DNA of 64,000 bases from Patescibacteria group bacterium (GCA_041665345.1 JBAYJA010000001.1:393206-457205), one strand, 5' to 3'. Numbered from the stretch's first letter, positions 1-9,610 are shown. Numbers and translations are program-made. The notes: generated by a model from the sequence alone, not told the origin.

Positions 1-318
1 ACTGTTTCGGTCTTCGCAGCTGGAAATGACAGCGCGAAGAGCTCCACGACCGTGCAAGGAAAGGTAGCCGCAGGTTTGCTTGTTGGTGCTTTGGATGGCA
101 CCGCAGTGGCAAAGTACTCCAACACGGGCGCAACCGTCGTTGCGCCAGGAGTTAGCACCTCCAGCCAGGGGACGTCCATCAGTGCTGCGTACGCCAGTGG
201 CTGCAGCGCCTTGGTGCTCACGAAGCAGGCAAGTCTGACACCGGTAAAAGTTTTGGAACGTCTCACGACGACAGTGAAGGGCACAGCGCTCCGCTGTGAT
301 CTCGCCACTAATTTCTAA
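1..318 (+). CDS. S8 (subtilase) peptidase, C-terminal part; gene starts before the window
   Basis: Frame 1 is open from base 1: VFAAGND (oxyanion Asn), VGALD, YSNTG, VVAPG, GTSISAA (catalytic Ser motif). Confidence 0.8.
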   Translation, partial: TVSVFAAGNDSAKSSTTVQGKVAAGLLVGALDGTAVAKYSNTGATVVAPGVSTSSQGTSISAAYASGCSALVLTKQASLTPVKVLERLTTTVKGTALRCDLATNF

Positions 319-338
319 AGTATATGGGAGAAACAATA

Positions 339-458
339 ATGAAGACGGCGAGACTCGCCACTGGCACTAAAGTTGGGATTGCCCTTGGAACAGTCGCGCT
401 CATCACCCTGGGAGTGGTCATGGGGTACGCCATCTACGCGGGTGGGTTCTCAAACTAA
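339..458 (+). CDS. 39-aa single-pass membrane peptide
   Basis: GGAG at 327-330, then MKTARLATGTKVGIALGTVALITLGVVMGYAIYAGGFSN*; below the ORF-track size cutoff. Confidence 0.55.
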   Translation: MKTARLATGTKVGIALGTVALITLGVVMGYAIYAGGFSN

Positions 459-492
459 GCAGCTTCGCATCTGGACGCGCTGGGCGCTCCTG

Positions 493-951
493 GTGCCGTA
501 CCGGCATCAGGAGCGGGAAGACTCCTGTGGTCCTGCTTGCGTGCAAATGCTTTTGGCTTGGCAAGGGCAAAAGCAGTCTCAGCGCGCACTGTACCAGCTG
601 TTACAGACAAATTCCCAGATAGGCACAACCCGTACCCATATCCTGCATGCGTTGCGGGCATTGGGTTTTGCGTTTAAGGTAGAGGCAAAGCTATCGGTTC
701 CCCAGCTACGCAAATGGCTGCACCATGGCCCGGTTCTGGTCCGCTTCATGGAACCCAAAGAGCAGGTACACCATTATGCGGTTGCTGTGGGTACGCACGC
801 AGATCAGCTTCTCCTGCACGATCCGTGGAATGGAAAGAATATTCTTATGCACTGGGGAGAATTTGCGCGGCTTTGGCGTCAGGTCAGCCGCAAGCCAAAA
901 ACTGGCGGTTGGGCTGTTCTTTTTCCCGCCAAGATTCAGCGTTTCCGCTGA
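493..951 (+). CDS. C39-family cysteine peptidase (start uncertain; ORF open from 373)
   Basis: VPYRHQEREDSCGPAC (Q...C), HYAVAVG (His), LHDPW (Asp). Confidence 0.8.
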   Translation: MPYRHQEREDSCGPACVQMLLAWQGQKQSQRALYQLLQTNSQIGTTRTHILHALRALGFAFKVEAKLSVPQLRKWLHHGPVLVRFMEPKEQVHHYAVAVGTHADQLLLHDPWNGKNILMHWGEFARLWRQVSRKPKTGGWAVLFPAKIQRFR

Positions 952-2726
952 GTGATTTTCTTCAGGAGGTAAGCCAAGAAGGGCTTCTTGGAAATGACTT
1001 GCAGTTTTTGCTTTCCACGAACTCGGACGTGCAGTTTGGTTGAGCCAACTTCTTTGTCACCAATCACCAGCATGTACGGGATTTTCTGCTTCTCGGCTTC
1101 CCGGATACTCTTGCCCACACTCTGATCAGCCAGGCCCACATCCACCCGCAGTCCTGCGGCCTGGAGTTCCTTTCCCAGCTTGGCGCAGGCTTTCTGGTGC
1201 TTCAGACCCACTGGGATAATCGCCACGTGCACAGGCGCCAGCCACAGCGGGAAGGCTCCGGCGAAGTGCTCAATGAGAATGGAAATGTACCGCTCCAAGG
1301 AACCCATAATGGCGGCGTGGATCATCACAATCCGTTCATGCTCGCCCTGCTCATTAATGCAGTCCAGGTCAAACCGCTCCGGCAAGTTCATGTCCAGTTG
1401 GATTGTGGCTACTTGCCATTCTCGGCCTAGAGAATCTTTGGCCATGAAGTCTACCTTGGGTCCGTAGAAGGCGGCTTCCCCCGGTGCTTCCGTTGCCTGT
1501 GCTTTCATACTGCGGACGATTTTTCGTAAAGTCGTTTCTGCCTTGGCCCAGCGCTGCACGTCACCCAAGTATTTCTCTGGGTGCTTGGGGTCATGCAAGG
1601 ACAAGCGAACATCCAAGCTGAACCCGGCGGCACTGTAGAACTTCTTTACAATGCCCCAGATGGTTTTGCACTCGGCTTCTACCTGTGATTCACGGCAGAA
1701 GACGTGTGCGTCATCTTGGGTAATGGACCGCACGCGGGACAGCCCGGCAAGTTCACCGCTCTGCTCGTCTCGGTAGACTTTGGTGGTGGAAGCGTAGCGC
1801 TGTGGCAGTTCGCGGTAGGAGAACTGCTTGCGAGCGTAGATTTGCGTGTGGTGCGGGCAGTTCATGGGCTTCATGGCAAAGGTGTGCCCTTCCCGTGAGG
1901 TGATGTGGAACAGTTCGTCCTTGAATTTCTGCCAATGCCCGCTCTTTTCAAAGAGGTCTTTTTTGGAAATGTGAGGAATGTCTACGCGCTCGTACCCGGC
2001 AGCTTGGCGCAATTCCCAGACGTAGGAGTCCAGCAGGTCGCGCAGCAGCGTGCCCTTGGGCGTCCACAGCGGCAAGCCACTCCCTACTAAATCGGAGAAG
2101 GTGAACAAGTCCAGCGCCGGCCCAAGCACCCGGTGGTCTCGCTTCTTGATCTCTTCCTGCAGCTTCAGGTATGCATCCAGCTCAGCTTTGGTGGCAAAGG
2201 CTGCACCGTAGATCCGGGTGAGCATGGGGTTCTTTTCATCTCCACGCCAGTAGGCGCCAGCCAAGTGGGTGAGGGTAAATGCATCAGCGGAGATCTCACG
2301 GGTAGATTCCACGTGCCCGCCCCGGCAGAGGTCGACGAATGAGCCAGTGGTGTACGAGGTAATGGTTGCTTGGCCTTTGCTCCCGTCATTTTGCAGTTCG
2401 TCAAAGACCGTGGTGCCTTTGGTGACCAAATCGTGGATGAGTTCCAATTTGAATGGTTGGTTACTGAATTTTTCCCGTGCTTGCTTTTCCGAAAGTTCTT
2501 CCCGTTTGAATCCCAACCCTTGGCCGATTTTCTTCCGCATCATTTTTTCCAGTTTGGGTAAATCTTGCGGAGTGAGGGGGCGGGGGAGGAGGAAGTCGTA
2601 GTAGAAACCCTGCGCAATTGTGGGTCCTACACCAAGCTTTGCGTCAGGCATGAGTTCCAGCACGCTGGCAGCCAGCAGGTGGGCCAGGGAGTGGCGAAGG
2701 TTTTCCAGATTTTTTTCGTTTGCCAT
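936..2726 (-). CDS. thrS: Threonyl-tRNA synthetase
   Basis: LRHSLAH, DLCRGGH, KPMNCPHH, GEAAFYGPK, IHAAIMGSLER motifs; C-terminal anticodon-binding domain. Confidence 0.98.
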   Translation of the reverse strand: MANEKNLENLRHSLAHLLAASVLELMPDAKLGVGPTIAQGFYYDFLLPRPLTPQDLPKLEKMMRKKIGQGLGFKREELSEKQAREKFSNQPFKLELIHDLVTKGTTVFDELQNDGSKGQATITSYTTGSFVDLCRGGHVESTREISADAFTLTHLAGAYWRGDEKNPMLTRIYGAAFATKAELDAYLKLQEEIKKRDHRVLGPALDLFTFSDLVGSGLPLWTPKGTLLRDLLDSYVWELRQAAGYERVDIPHISKKDLFEKSGHWQKFKDELFHITSREGHTFAMKPMNCPHHTQIYARKQFSYRELPQRYASTTKVYRDEQSGELAGLSRVRSITQDDAHVFCRESQVEAECKTIWGIVKKFYSAAGFSLDVRLSLHDPKHPEKYLGDVQRWAKAETTLRKIVRSMKAQATEAPGEAAFYGPKVDFMAKDSLGREWQVATIQLDMNLPERFDLDCINEQGEHERIVMIHAAIMGSLERYISILIEHFAGAFPLWLAPVHVAIIPVGLKHQKACAKLGKELQAAGLRVDVGLADQSVGKSIREAEKQKIPYMLVIGDKEVGSTKLHVRVRGKQKLQVISKKPFLAYLLKKITQRKR

Positions 2727-2744
2727 ATGGGTGAAGGGTAAGAA

Positions 2745-2937
2745 TTGCAAAGAAACCAAAGCATTGCTGCTTCGGGTTCATCGTAGCCCTTCGACAAGCT
2801 CAGGGACTGCGTGAAGGTTCCACCCGATATTTCCTCCTACGCTCGGAAGCTTCGGAGGACACTTCATTCTACGGAGTTAGGCGATGATTCGCACCCCAGG
2901 TGGGGCAAACGCTTGGTAGGCGCTTCAATCCTCAGGC
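2745..2937 (-). promoter_or_regulatory. T-box riboswitch (Thr) with atypical short Stem I
   Basis: Antiterminator UCGGG-[UGGAACC bulge]-UUCA pairs with UGAA-CCCGA; competing downstream hairpin; hairpin loop CU-ACC-AA; TATACT -10 at 2942-2947; upstream of thrS. Confidence 0.82.
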
Positions 2938-3006
2938 CACGAGTATAGCGGAAAAGACGCTGGGTCGTAAAGTAACCGTTCTCTTTCAGGTCAAATGCGA
3001 CATAGC

Positions 3007-3036
3007 AAAACGTCCCGTATACGCAGGACGTTTTTT
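3007..3036. terminator. Bidirectional intrinsic terminator
   Basis: AAAACGTCC..GGACGTTTTTT inverted repeat. Confidence 0.65.
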
Positions 3037-3078
3037 CGGAGTAGAGGCTTCAGCTTCTGGCAAGTTAGTGCATCAGCC

Positions 3079-3513
3079 CTAGCGCGAAGCCGAGTTCACC
3101 CGCTGCACGTCAGTATCCGTAATAAGGTGTTTCTTATGTAGGACACCCAACAGGGTATCCACCTTTTGGTCTGGTCGGCGGGTCATAACTACCAGGTCAC
3201 CACGCAGGCTACCAATTTTCTGGTCCAGGTAGTCTTTGGTGACCATGCGCGTTTCGAATTGTCCCAGGCGGTGATCAATGTAGTCTTTGAGGTATTCCTT
3301 GGTTACCATAGTTGTCTGGAGCTTCTGCAGCCGTTCCTCAAGGTAGTCTTTAGTGACCATAAGGTCAGCCATGGTAAGAATTGCTTCGTGGACTTCGGTG
3401 AACCGGGTATCCATTGTGACAGTAATATCTCGAAACCGGCTATCCATAGTTTTTGATAGCTTTTGGACAGCCTGTAATACAGAGTTCTTTTTTGTTATAG
3501 CTTTTTTAGGCAT
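3079..3513 (-). CDS. Coiled-coil hypothetical protein with three MVTK(D/E)YL repeats
   Basis: 144-aa ORF with internal repeats. Confidence 0.75.
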   Translation of the reverse strand: MPKKAITKKNSVLQAVQKLSKTMDSRFRDITVTMDTRFTEVHEAILTMADLMVTKDYLEERLQKLQTTMVTKEYLKDYIDHRLGQFETRMVTKDYLDQKIGSLRGDLVVMTRRPDQKVDTLLGVLHKKHLITDTDVQRVNSASR

Positions 3514-3788
3514 AAAATGATGACGGATTAATGAGAGGAATCCGCCCGCTTGTCCAAATCACTATACCCAATCTTGCAAAGCCAGGCAAATGTCGAAAAT
3601 GTGGCTAACCTAAGGCTTTTTGGCTAACTTTAGCCAAATTAGGTATTGACTTTTCCGATATTTCCTGTGTACTCTTTTGTTAACAAATACCTTGATAAAT
3701 AAGGTCGAAGACCCCGTCGAATGGCAGGGCAGACCTTCAACCGCGGTTCCGACGGCATCGGACAACGAAAAAAAGAAAGGATGACGAC

Positions 3789-4442
3789 ATGGGTTCTTCC
3801 ATGACCACATCCAAAATGACCGACGGTCAGATTAACCGTGTGGTTGAAATTTTTCGGGCAAAGCTTGTCAAGCATGCATCCAACTTGCCCTCGGATGCAG
3901 TGCAAGCAGCTTTAGGCGACGCCTCGTTAGGACAGGACTTGTTCGATGTTTTCCAGCGGCACGTAGAAGTCCACCTGATCGACACCCAACCCCACCTCCT
4001 CCAGCGTAAACCCTTCAACCCCAAAAAGTTCATTGGCGCAGGCTGGAAGGTCATTGAGGTGCTGCAACCCAGAAATGATGGCATCCTGGATGCCAGTCAG
4101 ATCGTGACCAAGGACTACCTTAAAAAAGGTGAGTCCTCCATCAATGGCGAAGAGCGCCTCCGCCGCATCAAGGCGAGTCCAGCCGACGTGAAACTCCAGC
4201 TGGACGCGGCCGATTGCCAGGCATTGTACGAGGAGAAAGGCCAAGTCACCCTCCGCTGGCTCGACGAGACGAAGGGTATCAAATTCCTTTCGGGCTGGAA
4301 CACCATTCTGCAGAGCCCGCGCGGTAACCGTTGCGTCCTCTATCTGGTTCGGCGCGTTGACGGTTCCTGGCGCTGGAGCGACGGTTGGGTCGGCGGCGGC
4401 AACTGGGATGCCGATCGTCCTGCTGGTCTGCTCGCAAGTTAG
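3789..4442 (+). CDS. Hypothetical protein with DGR-target-like (CLec-type) C-terminus
   Basis: SD AAAGGA; C-terminus RCVLYLVRRVDGSWRWSDGWVGGGNWDADRPAGLLAS; terminal codons end mostly in C/T. Confidence 0.7.
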   Translation: MGSSMTTSKMTDGQINRVVEIFRAKLVKHASNLPSDAVQAALGDASLGQDLFDVFQRHVEVHLIDTQPHLLQRKPFNPKKFIGAGWKVIEVLQPRNDGILDASQIVTKDYLKKGESSINGEERLRRIKASPADVKLQLDAADCQALYEEKGQVTLRWLDETKGIKFLSGWNTILQSPRGNRCVLYLVRRVDGSWRWSDGWVGGGNWDADRPAGLLAS

Positions 4443-4500
4443 CACTTGCATCTCAGTCCCTTAGAGTCCTGCTCTTTGATTCGTTTATTATGAACTTTGT

Positions 4501-4532
4501 AGCCCTCTGGAAATTCTTCCAGAGGGCTTTTC
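4501..4532. terminator. Hairpin or terminator after the DGR-like gene
   Basis: AGCCCTCTGGAA ttc TTCCAGAGGGCT followed by T-run. Confidence 0.65.
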
Positions 4533-4550
4533 TTATTCAATCATTTTCTC

Positions 4551-5699
4551 TTACTCCACCTTCAGTTCTAGCTTGCTAGCATCATTCGGAATGTTCTTTG
4601 TCCAGAAAGGTGTAACGTCAATAGTGATATTTCCCACGGCGCTTTCTTTTTGCAGTAAGGTCTGCACATCCACGATGCTCTTGCCCAGGTAGGTTGCTGG
4701 GGTCAGGAGGGGATGGGTGGCTGAGGGTTTGCTGGTGCCCTTCACTTTGACGGTGACCGTCGCTTTTTCAGCTTTGCTGTCCAGGGTATCCACTTTGTAG
4801 GTGAAGGTTGTTGGGTTCACATTCTGCAGTTCCAAGTCACTGGACACAGCTGCGCCAAGCGTGAGCTTGGCAGCCGCGGTGAGCGCTTGGGTATCCACGG
4901 CAATGCCCGTGGCTTTCACCGTGAGTTTGAGGGTGTAGGCCTTCGCTGGGTCACCCGCGGCTGGGCCAACGCGCTTGGTCACAGTGGTGGCAATCATCTC
5001 GGGGTAGAGGGTAAAATCTTCGGGTGCCAGTTTCTGGAGCGCAGGCAGCGCGTCGGCCGCAGCTGTGGCCAGGAGTTCGGTTTGGGCATTTGCCAGTTCC
5101 GTCTGCGTTAGGCCAGGCAGTGCGGGTTCACTGTTCTCACCCGTAAAGTCGCTGGCCGCAACCGCGGTAATTTTGTCCTGTAAACCAGCCCACAACCCTG
5201 GGAGGATGAATGTTGTTCCCTTGGTTTTTGCCCCGGCTTCACCTGCTTCATCGGCAATGACCAAGGTGGTTACGCTGCCGCCAACCGGCACGTCCACGCG
5301 TGCTTGGGTGCGAAAAATCTTTCCATCAGCTGATCGGACGCGGGTACCTGCTTGCAGGGGTTGGGTTTGGGACCAGTTGTTGGTAATGGTCACTTGGCCG
5401 CGGGCTTTGCCGGTGAACACGGGCGTGGCGGTTGGGGTCGGATCCGTTTCCGGGGTGAAGTCTTTGGTTACCTCCACCGAGGTTTGTACAAAGCGCGCAG
5501 GGAGTTCTTCGGCATTTGGCTTGGCGGCAAAGGTTGCGGTTGTTGTCGCCTCCACTGCCTGGGGCGTCCAGGTAAACCTGATGCTGCTACGGCCCATGGC
5601 CAGCACCAGGACGCCAGCGAAGAGTAGTACGGCGGCGGCGAAGAAGCAGAGAACCATGATCTTCTGTTCCGAGGTGGTTCGGGGTGTTTTTTTGGTCAT
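4551..5699 (-). CDS. Membrane-anchored baseplate-J-like protein common in CPR
   Basis: N-terminal TM; KARGQVTITNN, QPLQAGTR, VIADEAGE, FILPGL motifs. Confidence 0.7.
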   Translation of the reverse strand: MTKKTPRTTSEQKIMVLCFFAAAVLLFAGVLVLAMGRSSIRFTWTPQAVEATTTATFAAKPNAEELPARFVQTSVEVTKDFTPETDPTPTATPVFTGKARGQVTITNNWSQTQPLQAGTRVRSADGKIFRTQARVDVPVGGSVTTLVIADEAGEAGAKTKGTTFILPGLWAGLQDKITAVAASDFTGENSEPALPGLTQTELANAQTELLATAAADALPALQKLAPEDFTLYPEMIATTVTKRVGPAAGDPAKAYTLKLTVKATGIAVDTQALTAAAKLTLGAAVSSDLELQNVNPTTFTYKVDTLDSKAEKATVTVKVKGTSKPSATHPLLTPATYLGKSIVDVQTLLQKESAVGNITIDVTPFWTKNIPNDASKLELKVE

Positions 5700-8600
5700 A
5701 GGCGTTGGAGGCTACCCCGGCCCAACAGCGCGGTGAGTTCTGTCCACGCGGCTTGCGGGTCAGTGGTGAGGTTAGCGGAAATTCTTTTGGGTCCAGTGCC
5801 ATTAGGGACAGTGTACTCCACTGGAACTTGGCCCGGGTAGGCAGTGAGGATGCGCTGGAGTTCGTCAAACTGTGGGCGGGGAAAATCTTTGGGCAGCGCA
5901 ATGACTAACGGGCGATCCTGGTGGCCACTGCGTTCAGCGTACGCCTGCAGCGCGGCGGTGTCGAGTTCCCGGGCAGCATCAGCCAGCAATTTTGGCTCAC
6001 CATCTTTGTCCGACACTTTCCCTTCCACAATCACCAAGCGTTCTTCCACCCACAGATCCGCAGTCTGCTGGAGCAGCTTTGGGAAGACTAAAACTTCCAC
6101 GCCACTGCTAGCGTCTTCCACTTTCACGAAGAGCATCGCCTCATTTTTCTTCGTCATCACCTTCTGGACTTTGGAGACGATCCCGCCAATGCGAACCTTT
6201 GCATCCCGCGCGTGCTCGGCCAGGGTTCGGATGGGTGCGGCAATCAGGCTGAGGTTATGCTGGTAGTCACGGAGCGGGTGGTCTGAGAGGTACAAGCCCA
6301 GGAGTTCTTTCTCCCACTGCAAGCGCTGCTGCTTGCTCACTGGTTCTGCCATACCCAGCCGGATGGTGGGGGCGGCAATCATGCTGGTGCCGCCAAAGAG
6401 GGAGCTCTGGTTTGACACGGCAGCCGCCGAGGCGTTGCGGTTGAACTGCAGCAGCCCATCCATGTTGCTCAGCAGCGCACCGCGTTCACCAAAGCGATCC
6501 AAGGCGCCACTCTTCACCAAGCTCTCCAGAGATTTCTTGTTCAAGTCCTTCACCCGGACGCGTTGCAGGAAGTCTTCCAGTGAGGAAAAAGCCCCGTGCT
6601 CTTTGCGTTCGTGCACAATGGCAGCCACCACATTTTCCCCCACATTCTTAATGGCGGAAAGGCCAAAGCGAATGGTCCGAGTTGGTGCTTTGGTCTCGGG
6701 TTCATACACCGCCGTAAACGTCGTGTAGCTTTCGTTAATGTCTGGGGGGAGCACGGTGATGCCCATGGCGCGGCACTCTTCAATCTCAATGGCAATGCGC
6801 TCAATGAAGGCGTGGTCACCGGTCAGCAGGGCGGCCATGAAGGCTTCGGGTTCATTCGCTTTGAAGTACGCGGTTTGGTAGGCGATGAGCGCGTAGCAGG
6901 CGGCGTGGGAGCGGTTGAACCCGTAGCGCGCAAACGGTTCAATGAAGTCAAACACCTTGGCGCCCGTGGCCTTGGGAATGCCGTTTGCCACGCAGCCGTC
7001 AATGAACTTCTGCCGTTGCTCGTTCAATAATTTGGCAATTTTTTTACCCACTGCTTTCCGGAGGACGTCAGCTTCGCCCAAGGTAAAGCCCGCCAACTCT
7101 CGCGCAATTTCCATAATTTGCTCCTGGTACACGGCCACGCCGTAGGTTTTGGCCAGTACTTTCTCCAGTTTGGGGTGAATGTAGGTAACAGTCTTCTCCC
7201 CGTGCTTGCGGGCAATGAAGTCAGGGATGAATTCCATTGGCCCAGGGCGGTACAGCGAGACCATGGCGATGATGTCTTCCAGCGTGGTTGGCTCCAATTC
7301 CCGCAGGTACCGGCGCATGCCTGAGGATTCCAACTGGAACACCCCGGTGGTGTGCCCTTCGCGCAGCAAGGCAAAGGCTTTGGGGTCGTCCAGGGGAAGC
7401 CGATCTAGGTCGTACTCTTTGCCGTGGCCTTTGCGGGCAATCTCAATGGTCTGTTCCAGCACAGTCAAGTTCCGTAAACCCAGGAAGTCCATTTTCAGTA
7501 ACCCCAGGTCTTCAATGGGGTGGAGTGAGTACTGGCTGATGATGCTCTCGTCGTCCGGGCTTGCGTGCTGCAGGGGCACGTGGTCAATCAGGGGGTCTTT
7601 GGTAATCACCACGCCGCACGCGTGCACGGAAGCATGCCGCGCCACGCCTTCCAGTTTCTGCGCCACGGTCAGCAGGCGGCGGCCGTCTGGGTCTTTTTGA
7701 ATAATCTCCGCCAGTTCCGGAATGTCTTTGATTGCTTCACCCAAGGTGGTGAACATGGGAATGAGTTTGGCCACGCGGTCGCAGTAGGTATAGGGGAAGC
7801 CCAAGGCACGGCCAACGTCCCGGATGGCAGCGCGGGCAGCCATGGTCCCAAAGGTAATGATTTGCGCCACGTGGTCTGCGCCGTACTTGTGCGCGACGTA
7901 GCCGAGCACTTCATCACGCCGGGTATCGGCAAAGTCCAAGTCAATATCCGGCATGGAGATGCGCTCGGGGTTGAGAAATCGTTCGAAGAGCAGGTCGTAC
8001 GCCAGCGGATCCACGTTGGTGATATTCGATAGGTACGAGACAATGGAACCTGCGGCTGAGCCGCGACCAGGGCCAACGACAATCCCTTGGCTCTTGGCCC
8101 AGTTCACAAAGTCTTGGACAATGAGAAAGTAGCCCGCAAAACCCGTGGTGGTGATGACCTCAAGTTCGTAGTCGAGTCTTTTGAGAATGATGGGATCAGT
8201 TTCCCGGCCAGGGTAGCGTTTGGGGATACCTTCCAGGCAGAGCTCCCGCAGGTACACGTCAGCGGTTTTGCCACCCGGCACAGCAAAGTGGGGGAGCTGG
8301 GTCACCCCCAACGGTATTTCAACGTTGCACTGCTCTGCTATCTGTAGGGTGTTCGACACCACCTCAGGATGGTCAGGGAACGCTGTAAGCATCTCGGCCT
8401 CTGGTCGCATGCTGACATCAATGCCTGTCATGGTAAGACGGTTTGGATCGTCCACTGTGGTTTTCGTTTGAATGGCCAGCAGGACATCCTGCATCTCCGC
8501 ATCTTCGGGCTGCAGGTAGTGCACGTCGTTCGTAGCTACTACCATGAGGTCATACTTCTTGGCCAAGGCAAAAATTGCCGAGTTCACTTTTTGCTGGTCG

Positions 8601-9139
8601 GGCAGGTCATGCGGCTGCACTTCCAGCACGTAGTTTTCTTTGCCAAAAATGGCCAGGTGCTTTTCAATGACTGCCTCGGGGCTAGCGTTAATTTTTCCCA
8701 GAATCGCTTGGGCCAGCTCACCTTGCAGGCAGGCGGAGAGAGCAATGACGCCTTCGTGGTGCTGCTGGAGGAGGTCATGGTCAACCCGTGCCCGGTAGTA
8801 GTAGCCTTCCAAGTGCGCCGTGCTCACCAAGGCAATGAGATTTTTATACCCCATGGCATTCTTCGCCAGCAGCACCAGATGGAAGGGCCGCTCGTCAATG
8901 CGCGGCTCCTTGTCAAAGCGGGTGCGTTTGGCCACGTAGGTTTCCACGCCGATGATGGGTTTGATCCCAGCCTTGGTCGCTTTCTGGTAGAACTCCACCG
9001 CCCCGTACAGTACGCCGTGGTCAGTCAGCGCAACGGCCGGGGCGCCCTGCGCCTGAGCAAACGCAACCAGCTCGTCGAGTTTTGGTAACCCATCGAGGAG
9101 GGAGTAGTGAGAGTGAACGTGAAGGTGGACGAATGCCAT
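5696..9139 (-). CDS. dnaE: DNA polymerase III alpha subunit
   Basis: FVHLHVHSHYSLLDG PHP domain, GRGSAAGS, MPDIDLDF, YGFNRSHA, OB fold. Confidence 0.98.
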   Translation of the reverse strand: MAFVHLHVHSHYSLLDGLPKLDELVAFAQAQGAPAVALTDHGVLYGAVEFYQKATKAGIKPIIGVETYVAKRTRFDKEPRIDERPFHLVLLAKNAMGYKNLIALVSTAHLEGYYYRARVDHDLLQQHHEGVIALSACLQGELAQAILGKINASPEAVIEKHLAIFGKENYVLEVQPHDLPDQQKVNSAIFALAKKYDLMVVATNDVHYLQPEDAEMQDVLLAIQTKTTVDDPNRLTMTGIDVSMRPEAEMLTAFPDHPEVVSNTLQIAEQCNVEIPLGVTQLPHFAVPGGKTADVYLRELCLEGIPKRYPGRETDPIILKRLDYELEVITTTGFAGYFLIVQDFVNWAKSQGIVVGPGRGSAAGSIVSYLSNITNVDPLAYDLLFERFLNPERISMPDIDLDFADTRRDEVLGYVAHKYGADHVAQIITFGTMAARAAIRDVGRALGFPYTYCDRVAKLIPMFTTLGEAIKDIPELAEIIQKDPDGRRLLTVAQKLEGVARHASVHACGVVITKDPLIDHVPLQHASPDDESIISQYSLHPIEDLGLLKMDFLGLRNLTVLEQTIEIARKGHGKEYDLDRLPLDDPKAFALLREGHTTGVFQLESSGMRRYLRELEPTTLEDIIAMVSLYRPGPMEFIPDFIARKHGEKTVTYIHPKLEKVLAKTYGVAVYQEQIMEIARELAGFTLGEADVLRKAVGKKIAKLLNEQRQKFIDGCVANGIPKATGAKVFDFIEPFARYGFNRSHAACYALIAYQTAYFKANEPEAFMAALLTGDHAFIERIAIEIEECRAMGITVLPPDINESYTTFTAVYEPETKAPTRTIRFGLSAIKNVGENVVAAIVHERKEHGAFSSLEDFLQRVRVKDLNKKSLESLVKSGALDRFGERGALLSNMDGLLQFNRNASAAAVSNQSSLFGGTSMIAAPTIRLGMAEPVSKQQRLQWEKELLGLYLSDHPLRDYQHNLSLIAAPIRTLAEHARDAKVRIGGIVSKVQKVMTKKNEAMLFVKVEDASSGVEVLVFPKLLQQTADLWVEERLVIVEGKVSDKDGEPKLLADAARELDTAALQAYAERSGHQDRPLVIALPKDFPRPQFDELQRILTAYPGQVPVEYTVPNGTGPKRISANLTTDPQAAWTELTALLGRGSLQRL

Positions 9140-9192
9140 GGGTGCAGATACAAAAACGCGCTCGTCCAGATGTTCGCCTGGATCGTGGGGCG

Positions 9193-9519
9193 CTAGAAGT
9201 CCTCGGATTCTTCAACAGATCGCTTTGCGGCGCGCTTCGCTTTTTTCTCTCGGGCAAAGGAAACAATTTCGGTTACCGCGCGAACTACGCTGCTCACCGC
9301 CGATGCCGAGGAGCTGACTTTGGATTGGATGACGTCGAGCATTTCCCCAAAGTGCGTGAGACGCTGGTGGACACCTTGGATCATCTGTCGGAATTCCGTA
9401 ATTGCCCCGTGAATGTCTTTGACAATCTGCACGAGGTAGTACAGGAGCCAGACAATGCCGGTCCCGACCCCAAGCAGCACAACCGCCAAAACGATGTTGA
9501 GGATGTCTCCAGTGCTCAT
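9193..9519 (-). CDS. Small membrane protein (TM plus coiled coil)
   Basis: N-terminal hydrophobic helix followed by amphipathic helix. Confidence 0.7.
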   Translation of the reverse strand: MSTGDILNIVLAVVLLGVGTGIVWLLYYLVQIVKDIHGAITEFRQMIQGVHQRLTHFGEMLDVIQSKVSSSASAVSSVVRAVTEIVSFAREKKAKRAAKRSVEESEDF

Positions 9520-9610
9520 AGGCAGAGTATAGCACAGTGCCAAAAAGGGGGTACGGCGTAAAAACCCGCACGACTAGCGGAGATATGGGGGGAAGAGATA
9601 TACTGCAGCC

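Noticed and set aside
4551-5699. Prophage suggested by a baseplate-J-like gene
   Set aside because: Overlaps the dnaE stop, is membrane-anchored, and has no other phage genes nearby.
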